DNA from: Xylanibacter ruminicola 23 | GTDB lineage: Bacteria > Bacteroidota > Bacteroidia > Bacteroidales > Bacteroidaceae | Assembly (NCBI RefSeq): GCF_000025925.1 | Contig: NC_014033.1 | Coordinates: 2,340,001 to 2,372,000 of the forward strand | Length of the DNA: 32,000 nt | Direction of reading: 5' to 3' | Part shown: positions 25,393 through 31,839 of the stretch, piece by piece | Position numbering within the stretch: position 1 is the first letter of the stretch | Layout of the letters: the number at the start of each line of letters is the position of its first letter | The notes under the pieces: generated by a model | Databases searched by the model: none | What the model was told of the DNA's origin: nothing | Seen by the model: the letters and a program-made list of their open reading frames with translations, nothing else | Translations under genes and position numbers: made by a program

Positions 25393-25444
25393 TCGAAAAT
25401 AACAATCTGTAAGCAAATCGCATTGAAATGCTTACAGATTGAAA
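25393..25444 (-). promoter_or_regulatory. Bipartite palindromic site TCGAAA-ATAACAATCTGTAAG-N17-CTTACAGATTGAAA upstream of gltB
   Basis: Same block order and the same 17-nt spacer as the glnA site. The two halves also form an 11-bp perfect inverted repeat (25405-25415 / 25429-25439). Confidence 0.5.
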
Positions 25445-25837
25445 CTAATTTTTCTTTTTCTTATTAACATTTAACGGTGTGCTATGCGGAAAGGCTACGC
25501 TATAGGCACTGTCGAGCGCCTTCAGATCGATGCGCCAGAAGCTGATGCCGGTGCTTACGGCCACGATGGCACGCAGCAGCTCGCGATGCTTGCGCGGATA
25601 GAGATTGGGCAGAGGCAGCTCGTTCCAGCCCTCCTGCTCGCACAGATGGCACACGTGCCATATCATATCATCGTTGGCCGCAGCACCGAACCATGCTTTC
25701 AGCACGTTACGTATGCAGAAGCGCTTGCACTGCCCGCCCAGCAGGCGCCTTGTGCGCTCCAGCTTGCGCCAGAGCTGCACAAAACATTCTTGATTATTTT
25801 CGATTTTGACCATTTTGACTTTGACATTTTTAACCAT
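25445..25837 (-). CDS. Hypothetical small Cys-containing protein (130 aa)
   Basis: The ORF starts 5 nt after the stop of the replication gene. It contains CKRFC ... CHLC, a possible zinc-binding pair. The N-terminus MVKNVKVKMVKIENN is encoded by spacer-like AAAATG repeats, so the true start may be the second Met (25813). Confidence 0.45.
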   Translation of the reverse strand: MVKNVKVKMVKIENNQECFVQLWRKLERTRRLLGGQCKRFCIRNVLKAWFGAAANDDMIWHVCHLCEQEGWNELPLPNLYPRKHRELLRAIVAVSTGISFWRIDLKALDSAYSVAFPHSTPLNVNKKKKN

Positions 25838-25842
25838 GACTA

Positions 25843-28224
25843 TTATGACACCTTACGATAATTACCATTCTCATCGATTGTTACCAGCCCCTGTTTGCGC
25901 CAGTTTTTCAGCATCTGGCGCACGGTGTTGATGTTAACCTGGGCACCCTTGATGGCCACCGAGTGCTGCATGGCCTGATCGAACGTAAACTGGCAGTCCA
26001 GTCGCCCAAAAATCGAGTCGTTCTTGCCACGCTTGGTGCGTTCACCATTCATACCGCCAGCATAATCACGACTCTGGAAAGCGTTCTCTATGCGGTCGCG
26101 GAAAAAGTACAGGGCATTCTCCAGCAGCTGGTCGGCTATCACATCGTAGGCATCCAGCATGGTTGGTGTCTGTGCTTTCAGCAGCAGCTCTTTCCACAGC
26201 CCGGGCTGCTGTTTCAGCTTTGCCTCGGCACCGGTCAAGCCGTGCTTCTGTATCAGTGTTTCGCACACCTTGCAAAGCATCAGGCAGCACGTCATTCGCT
26301 GGGCTGTTACGCACACGCGGAAACGCTGACGGGCACGGGTCCTATCGTCGTTCTTCATCGTTTCCAGTCGTATTTTCTCCAGCCACTCCCTACCCCTTGC
26401 CTCCAGCTTGGGCAGCACCACCTCGCCGAACATCAGCGGTAGCAAGTGTGCCACCTGCTGTATGCGGTCGCGCTGGCGATCGGTCAACACGTTAGGCTTA
26501 TCCTCCAGCGGTGCAAAGGTATTGTCGGGTGTGCGGGCCACGGCAATACGACTCTGGAATCCGTCGGTGTAGTTGTTTACCACACGATACAGTGCATCGG
26601 GCGTACCGCACATACACACGTTCCACAGCAGGTGCTCTATATGTACGTTAACGGCATCGGCACTGCGGGCTTCGCGTTCGTACTTACTGCCGTCGTAACT
26701 CTGTCGCAGCATCACCGAAAAGTCGCTCATGGTCGATTTCCATTTCTGCGCTACCGTATCCGCCTCGGGTGTGAACGAAAAACCGTGCTTACCCTCGGTG
26801 TTGGCCAGTCGCTCGGCCAGGTTGGCCACGGTGTTGTTCAGCGTCAGGCAGCGCACGGGCAGCTTTGGTTCTTCGGGCTGTTCCTTCTTGTTTTTGGCGG
26901 CACGTTTCTTGGCGCGCCACTCATCCTCCTGCTGCTGGTACATCTTGTCGAGCGCAGCCACCTCGCTCATCCAGGCCTCTACCACAGGGTCGATACTCCC
27001 CTTACCACTGGCAAAGTCGCCGGCTATGTAAGATATCAGATTCAGTCCGCGCTTGGTGCCGTGCACATCCAACTGTACGCCCGTAGCCAGCGTACCGATA
27101 CAAGGGCAGATGGCCGTTACAACCGGCATCGCCAGTCCCGCACCCACGGCATCTACAGAGTCCTTCACTCCCTGCGGAAGCTTAGGGATTTTTAGCAACG
27201 GACTACAGGACTCTAGGAGGTTTTGTTCACCCAAGTCAACTTCTTCAGCATCTATACAATCAGTCTTGTCAGTCCTCTTGTCCGTGGCTAAACAATTAAG
27301 CACATTTTTTAATCGCAGCGGGAAACCGTTGTACTCCGAGGTGAGGGCGTTCTTGATTTTTTCGCGTTTTTCCTCGGGGGTAAAGCCATCGTAGCAGGGT
27401 ATCACCTGATCCAGCCAGTCGGCATTCTTGCCACAGATATGGCGCAGGTCGCAGGCCAGTTGGTAGGTAAGCGTATCGCGGTCGCCCTCGGTAGGTTCAT
27501 AGCCCTGGTTGTTCACCTCCCAGTACTTTTTGATAATCCTATCAAACGGTATCCCGTGGTACTGCGTAGGATATTTTTTTTGCAACGGAACACAGGACTT
27601 TAGGATTTTTCCTTCGAGGGAATTGTCAACAGAATCAGTCTTGTTAGTCCTGTTGTCCGTTCTTGCGTCCCCCCGGTAGCAAGCGAGCGGAGCTCGAGCG
27701 GCTAAATCTATCTCAAACAGTTCATCATCCAAGTAAATCAGTTCATTGCCCGATGTAGTAAAGAACACGCGGGTGATATCCTTAGCCCCACTATCATAAG
27801 CTACAGATATCAACTCGCTCGCCCATTTCAGGTTCTCCTCCTGACTCAGTTCGGGCTTTCGCGCAAACACCAGATGGTAGCCACCACCACGGGCACTCTC
27901 CTCCATCATCTTCAATCCCAGCTCATCTTTCTTAGCTAAGATGCGCTCACGTACGGCGGGCATCTCATCGGGTGTCAGGTGGTCGATATCCATGCCAACG
28001 GTGGTGCTCATTCGGGTGCTGCCCTTTAGGCTGCCATCATCGTTAGGCAGACAGCTGTAGTTCATCTGCAGCAGCTTGTGTTTCAAAGCCTCCTCACCTG
28101 CGCGTATCCGCTGCACCAATTGCTGTTGCTCGCCACCATTTCGCAAACTCAAATACTCCTCTCTCGTTAGGACGGGACGCATCATCTTCGCCCCATCCTT
28201 TATATAAATTACATGTACACTCAT
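25843..28224 (-). CDS. Replication protein: N-terminal archaeo-eukaryotic primase-like (BT4734/VirE-N type) domain fused to a DUF3987 domain
   Basis: 793 aa. AEP-like motifs: TVGMDIDH (DxD), GGGYHLVF (sGxGxH) and KDITRVFF. The C-terminal half has a P-loop-like segment (AGDFASGKGS). It also resembles YfjI/DUF3987 in LTLNNTVANLAERLANTEGKHGFSFTPEADT...LRQSYDGSKYERE. Confidence 0.8.
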   Translation of the reverse strand: MSVHVIYIKDGAKMMRPVLTREEYLSLRNGGEQQQLVQRIRAGEEALKHKLLQMNYSCLPNDDGSLKGSTRMSTTVGMDIDHLTPDEMPAVRERILAKKDELGLKMMEESARGGGYHLVFARKPELSQEENLKWASELISVAYDSGAKDITRVFFTTSGNELIYLDDELFEIDLAARAPLACYRGDARTDNRTNKTDSVDNSLEGKILKSCVPLQKKYPTQYHGIPFDRIIKKYWEVNNQGYEPTEGDRDTLTYQLACDLRHICGKNADWLDQVIPCYDGFTPEEKREKIKNALTSEYNGFPLRLKNVLNCLATDKRTDKTDCIDAEEVDLGEQNLLESCSPLLKIPKLPQGVKDSVDAVGAGLAMPVVTAICPCIGTLATGVQLDVHGTKRGLNLISYIAGDFASGKGSIDPVVEAWMSEVAALDKMYQQQEDEWRAKKRAAKNKKEQPEEPKLPVRCLTLNNTVANLAERLANTEGKHGFSFTPEADTVAQKWKSTMSDFSVMLRQSYDGSKYEREARSADAVNVHIEHLLWNVCMCGTPDALYRVVNNYTDGFQSRIAVARTPDNTFAPLEDKPNVLTDRQRDRIQQVAHLLPLMFGEVVLPKLEARGREWLEKIRLETMKNDDRTRARQRFRVCVTAQRMTCCLMLCKVCETLIQKHGLTGAEAKLKQQPGLWKELLLKAQTPTMLDAYDVIADQLLENALYFFRDRIENAFQSRDYAGGMNGERTKRGKNDSIFGRLDCQFTFDQAMQHSVAIKGAQVNINTVRQMLKNWRKQGLVTIDENGNYRKVS
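27191..27292. repeat. GGA-octamer palindromic element, copy A (inside the CDS, in frame)
   Basis: Arms TTTAGCAACGGACTACAGGACT (27191-27212) and AGTCCTCTTGTCCGTGGCTAAA (27271-27292). It is translated as LATDKRTDKTD...LLESCSPLLK. Confidence 0.7.
27578..27666. repeat. GGA-octamer palindromic element, copy B (inside the CDS, in frame)
   Basis: Arms TTTTGCAACGGAACACAGGACT (27578-27599) and AGTCCTGTTGTCCGTTCTTGC (27646-27666). It is translated as ARTDNRTNKTD...ILKSCVPLQK. Confidence 0.7.
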
Positions 28225-28237
28225 AGTTTTTCATTTT

Positions 28238-28306
28238 TTTGCAACGGATAACAGGACTTTACGATTTTTCTAATCAATCTTGTCAGTCCTGTAGTCCGTT
28301 GCTAAA
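28238..28306. repeat. GGA-octamer palindromic element, copy C (intergenic, 5' of the replication gene)
   Basis: Arms TTTGCAACGGATAACAGGACT (28238-28258) and AGTCCTGTAGTCCGTTGCTAAA (28285-28306). This is the best-conserved and shortest copy. Confidence 0.7.
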
Positions 28307-28314
28307 TATATTTA

Positions 28315-29013
28315 TTAGAAATTAGGATAACCAAGTTTAGAATTAAGGAATCTCACGCCATCAAGGGTCCAGGTCATATAAACCTTTACTTTCTTCTGGC
28401 CCTTTAAACTATAGGATACGTGCGTGCGCAGGCGTGTAAGGTTGCGGTCGGCCAGATCGTCGCTGATGTTCCAATGCCCATCGCGGCGGTACTGTATGCC
28501 CATGTCGCGCAGAATGGCGTTAAAGTCGTAGGTAGTCATGTTAAACGTCTTGGCCACCTGCGTAGCCGTCAGTGTATCCTCGGCGGGCTCGTTCAGCATG
28601 CGCAAGGTGTTACCAACAATCGCATCGGCTCGGTGCAGGATTTCAACGGCAGAAAGGTCGCGGCCATCAGCAGCGCGGGTTGGAATGTAACCGCCCGTCT
28701 GGCGAATCTGTGGCAGCACCTCGCTGGTAACCCAGTGCTTAAAGGCCTTGGCTTGTGGAAGCTTGGATGAGAGGATGAGTGCGTAAAGTCCGCTCTCGTT
28801 GATGATGATGACACTTCGAACTTGACCTGACAGAACGAATCGTTCGGTCAGCTTATCGTCGTCGTCAATATGGTCGCGAATAGCTTTCGGGGTATTAGTA
28901 TACCCCAATGCTGTGGCAACATCCTTAGCCACAAACATGATTTGATTATTAACCTGGCAAGTACGAATCTCGCCGAAAATTTCACTAGTAAAAATCTGTA
29001 TTGCTGTTTTCAT
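28315..29013 (-). CDS. Phage-type antirepressor, Bro-N domain plus KilAC/ANT C-terminal domain
   Basis: 232 aa. Bro-N motifs: FGEIRTCQVNNQIMFVAKDVATALGY...INESGLYALILSSKLPQAKAFKHWVTSEVLPQIRQTG. The C-terminal part, LTATQVAKTF...NAILRDMGIQYR..., is KilAC-like. Confidence 0.85.
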   Translation of the reverse strand: MKTAIQIFTSEIFGEIRTCQVNNQIMFVAKDVATALGYTNTPKAIRDHIDDDDKLTERFVLSGQVRSVIIINESGLYALILSSKLPQAKAFKHWVTSEVLPQIRQTGGYIPTRAADGRDLSAVEILHRADAIVGNTLRMLNEPAEDTLTATQVAKTFNMTTYDFNAILRDMGIQYRRDGHWNISDDLADRNLTRLRTHVSYSLKGQKKVKVYMTWTLDGVRFLNSKLGYPNF

Positions 29014-29378
29014 TTTGTTGTGAGTTTAGCGAGGGAAGAGGCATCTGAAACGCTGGCCAGCTTGTCTCATGAGATTCCTTCTGCTCACTTCACTCAGCAT
29101 CCCGCTGCCTTTTCAGCGGGGATAAATTGTTATTAATGTTTGTTGTTGTGCATCAGTCATGGATTAGAATAACTAAGGTACGCATGTGTATGCATATGTG
29201 CTGTGTACGCTCGGGCCTACCCGTGCGTTTCGAAGTATCAACATGTCAAAGAACGCTTTCGAAGTATGTGCCTCTCGCCAGAGGTGCTTCTATAGTAATA
29301 ATGTTTGGGGAGTCAGCGTTAATTGGAAAAAAGAAATAACGCTGAGCGAAAAAGTTGGGTATAGCACATAAAAAAAAA

Positions 29379-29410
29379 CGCAGAAATCCTTGCTATAAAG
29401 GTTTTCTGCG
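29379..29410 (-). terminator. Strong intrinsic terminator ending the two-gene hypothetical operon
   Basis: The minus-strand RNA, CGCAGAAAACCUU-UAUAGC-AAGGAUUUCUGCG, forms a 12-bp stem with one A-A mismatch. It is followed by a run of 9 U (plus-strand A-run just upstream at about 29370-29378). It lies 67 nt after the stop at 29477. Confidence 0.7.
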
Positions 29411-29476
29411 AATCTCAAAAAAAATCGAAAAAAAATTCTGCCTTCAGCCGCAAACGCTGAGTGAGGCTATTTTTCG

Positions 29477-30172
29477 CTAAGCGGTCATTTCATCGAACAG
29501 CGCGTCTAAATCCTGATAGGGATCCAGCAAACGCACCAGCCACTTGATGGTTTCCATCTTGTCTATCGGAGCCGTCGTACAGCGTAGGCGGTCGTTACCA
29601 AACTCCTTGTTACCCTCTTTGTTCCAGAAGTGAGCGTTAACCATCACCCAAATGCTGTAGCCCTCGGGCAGACCAACGTATTTCTTGCGGGTCACCAATT
29701 CACGGAACAGCTCGGCCAGCACATTCACATCGTCGAGCCAAACCACACGGGCGTAGCTTTCCTGGCCTGAGAACAAGTCGATGAAGTCGCGCTGCTGCGT
29801 ATTGGCTGCAATCCAGCCCATCTGAACCAGTGCCGTATAGAGTTTCTGAAGCCTGTCGTTCGTCTCGCCACGTTTGGCTTTGTACGAGAACGTCTTGCCA
29901 ATCTTCTCGCTGGTTTTCTTTGGACGGCCACGTTTGGCGGGTATTTTAACCACCCTGCCGTTGTTGTTGTTGTCAGAGGCAGGCGATCCTTGCAGCCGCT
30001 GTTTATCGTATCTCTCCATATCCTTAAGAAAACTGAGAATCCTCGGGTCGTGCGTCTCGATATAATCGGTTATACGCTGCTCAAGGGCAGCCTTTCCAGT
30101 CTGCCATCCACAAATCCTGAATACATCCTCGATGCCTTCAAGATTAATGCCTTGTGTATTCGTTGTCGCCAC
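29477..30172 (-). CDS. Hypothetical protein with an AT-hook-like KRGRPKK segment (231 aa)
   Basis: The ORF has a GTG start at 30172, two nt after the stop of the upstream gene. It has a low-complexity linker (SPASDNNNNGRVVKIPAKRGRPKKTSEK) and I recognise no family. Confidence 0.6.
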   Translation of the reverse strand: MATTNTQGINLEGIEDVFRICGWQTGKAALEQRITDYIETHDPRILSFLKDMERYDKQRLQGSPASDNNNNGRVVKIPAKRGRPKKTSEKIGKTFSYKAKRGETNDRLQKLYTALVQMGWIAANTQQRDFIDLFSGQESYARVVWLDDVNVLAELFRELVTRKKYVGLPEGYSIWVMVNAHFWNKEGNKEFGNDRLRCTTAPIDKMETIKWLVRLLDPYQDLDALFDEMTA

Positions 30173-30174
30173 GC

Positions 30175-30810
30175 CTATAGGTTCTCTACAAATCCTTCTG
30201 CCGTTGATGATTCGGGAGTGTATTTAATCTTTATAACGTGGTCGTATAAGTCCTCCCAGTACTCACGTTCCTCAGTCAGACGTTTGCCCAATTCTTCAAG
30301 CGTTGGCTCAATGTGGTGTAGATTCAGGATTGTCAACTCCATGAGCTGTGCAAAGTAGCCGTCACTACAACCGCCAACTTCGATGCCAACCTCGACAACC
30401 GGTTCTTTCGACTTGAAGCCGATGCCATATTCGCGCAGTTTCTCTTTCAGCGGTTCGGCCTCTTCGGCAGAATTTTCCCAGGCTTCGTATCCCCAAGGAT
30501 CGTCACCATCCGCGTTTGCTTTCTGTGTTGCGCGTTGGATGCACAGCAGGAAGAACTTCTGCACGTCTATGCGCATGTCGTCCTCGCTGCAAAGCACTTC
30601 GCAGTCGGTCAGTTCCGCACGGTTCCACACCACACCTTTTGCGCCATGCTTGTACTGCACAATCGGATGACTGTGCGTTTCCAACGTATATTTGCCGTCC
30701 TCACCGATGCGGCTTTCGCCCACAATGTACGTAGCTATATGCTTGCCCACCTCGCCATTACAATAGATGTAGTCGAAGGGCGCTTCCAGTTTTAAAATCT
30801 GAGTTTCCAT
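30175..30810 (-). CDS. Hypothetical acidic protein (211 aa)
   Basis: ATG at 30810 with a -7 box 33-40 nt upstream. It is rich in D/E and I recognise no family. Confidence 0.6.
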   Translation of the reverse strand: METQILKLEAPFDYIYCNGEVGKHIATYIVGESRIGEDGKYTLETHSHPIVQYKHGAKGVVWNRAELTDCEVLCSEDDMRIDVQKFFLLCIQRATQKANADGDDPWGYEAWENSAEEAEPLKEKLREYGIGFKSKEPVVEVGIEVGGCSDGYFAQLMELTILNLHHIEPTLEELGKRLTEEREYWEDLYDHVIKIKYTPESSTAEGFVENL

Positions 30811-30842
30811 AAAATCCTGTATAGTAACATTCTTTTCGGTTG

Positions 30843-30850
30843 CAAAAATA
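30843..30850 (-). promoter_or_regulatory. -7 box (TATTTTTG on the minus strand) for the hypothetical two-gene operon
   Basis: Plus-strand CAAAAATA is the reverse complement of TAnnTTTG, 33-40 nt upstream of ATG 30810. Confidence 0.45.
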
Positions 30851-31014
30851 ATACTTTTCTATCAATAAAGCATGCAAAAAATCAAAAATGTTACACAAAC
30901 GGTTCCATATTACCTGATGCCACAGAACCGTCCCCTGACAGGTTTCGGCACGGCTCTCGTTTTGCGATTTTTTATTTTCTGATTGAAAAACTTGCACGTT
31001 TCAAAAATACTTCG

Positions 31015-31022
31015 TATCTTTG
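31015..31022 (+). promoter_or_regulatory. -7 box TATCTTTG for the TA cassette
   Basis: Exact TAnnTTTG, 27 nt upstream of ATG 31049. It lies inside the TTG-initiated ORF-track extension (30983), which argues for the ATG start. Confidence 0.5.
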
Positions 31023-31048
31023 CAACCGTAAGACAAATTTATCGCATT

Positions 31049-31273
31049 ATGACAGCAATTACTATCAACATTCCCAATCACGAAGTCAGCTTCTTTAAGA
31101 AGATGATGGCGAAGATGGGGTGGACGTACAGCGAAACCGATGTTGTGCGGTCAGCTGCCACACCCAAGGAGAAGACACTCGCCAAGGTTGACCACGCTTT
31201 CAAACAGTTGCGTCAAATGAAAGACGGCCAGTTGGAAGGTGTTAATGCGGAGGATTTGCTTAATGAACTGTAA
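31049..31273 (+). CDS. Putative antitoxin (74 aa) of a RelE/ParE-type TA pair
   Basis: MTAITINIPNHEVSFFKKMMAKMGWTYSE...EDLLNEL. It is small, overlaps the toxin ATG by 11 nt, and is preceded by its own promoter. Confidence 0.65.
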   Translation: MTAITINIPNHEVSFFKKMMAKMGWTYSETDVVRSAATPKEKTLAKVDHAFKQLRQMKDGQLEGVNAEDLLNEL

Positions 31274-31604
31274 GATTGAAGCAACCCCAGACTTTGCCCG
31301 CGAACTCAAACAACTCGCCAAGCGCTATCCCTCGATGAAGGACGACTATCGTAACTTCATCGATGCACTACGCAAGTCACCCCTCATGGGCGAGCCGCTT
31401 GGCAAACACCTACGCAAGGTCCGTTTCTCAATTGCATCAAAGGCCAGGGGGAAGAGTGGTGGCGCTAGGGTTATCACTCATACTGTGCTTGTGGAGTCTG
31501 ATGGTGCAGACATCAAGCTTGTTACTATCTACGACAAGTCTGACCAAGTCAACATAACAGACAAGGAACTGAAGCAACTGATGAAGAAGAATGGTCTCGA
31601 ATAG
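31263..31604 (+). CDS. Type II toxin, RelE/ParE superfamily (113 aa)
   Basis: MNCKIEATPDFARELKQLAKRYPSMKDDYRNFIDAL...KGKSGGARVITH...IKLVTIYDKSDQVNITDKELKQL. The K-S-G-G-x-R-V-I and IYDKS motifs are typical of this toxin family. I prefer ATG 31263 over the GTG at 31239. Confidence 0.8.
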   Translation: MNCKIEATPDFARELKQLAKRYPSMKDDYRNFIDALRKSPLMGEPLGKHLRKVRFSIASKARGKSGGARVITHTVLVESDGADIKLVTIYDKSDQVNITDKELKQLMKKNGLE

Positions 31605-31673
31605 TATATTACGCCAGCACTGTGATACCATTTATATATGAGGTTATCGCCATCCAAGCGTAGCAAAAAATAC

Positions 31674-31708
31674 AGAGAGCCATGCCCCAGCGGCACGGCT
31701 CTCTTTTT
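31674..31708 (+). terminator. Intrinsic terminator after the toxin gene
   Basis: AGAGAGCCATGCC-ccagc-GGCACGGCTCTCT followed by TTTT. The stem is 13 bp with one mismatch. Confidence 0.65.
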
Positions 31709-31748
31709 GCGATGCGATAACTCTGCGAAAGGGATTTTTATATCTGTT

Positions 31749-31787
31749 CGGGTATAATTTTGTTATAATTACTTAAAATTATACCCG
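31749..31787. promoter_or_regulatory. Perfect 13-bp inverted repeat CGGGTATAATTTT-N13-AAAATTATACCCG; candidate operator of the XRE regulator
   Basis: It lies 53-91 nt upstream of ATG 31840. Related half-sites (A/G)TACCCGT..G.TATAAT recur at 31781-31799 and 31823-31841. Confidence 0.4.
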
Positions 31788-31815
31788 TATTGATATAATC
31801 AAACGATTTAATACT

Positions 31816-31823
31816 TATCTTTG
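31816..31823 (+). promoter_or_regulatory. -7 box TATCTTTG for the XRE gene
   Basis: Exact TAnnTTTG, 17 nt upstream of ATG 31840, which implies a very short leader. Confidence 0.45.
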
Positions 31824-31839
31824 TACCCGTTAAGGTATA

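Noticed and set aside
27191-28306. Possibility that the three repeat units are a CRISPR array
   Set aside because: The units are palindromic arm pairs of variable length at irregular spacing (387 and 660 bp). Two lie inside an open reading frame, and no cas genes are present.
29127-29371. Small plus-strand ORFs (70 aa and 61 aa) in the non-coding region upstream of the Bro gene
   Set aside because: Their composition is implausible (MCMHMCCV...). They overlap each other in different frames, have no promoter box, and face into a minus-strand terminator.
30983-31048. TTG-initiated extension of the antitoxin ORF
   Set aside because: The -7 box at 31015-31022 lies within it. The ATG at 31049 follows at a normal distance.
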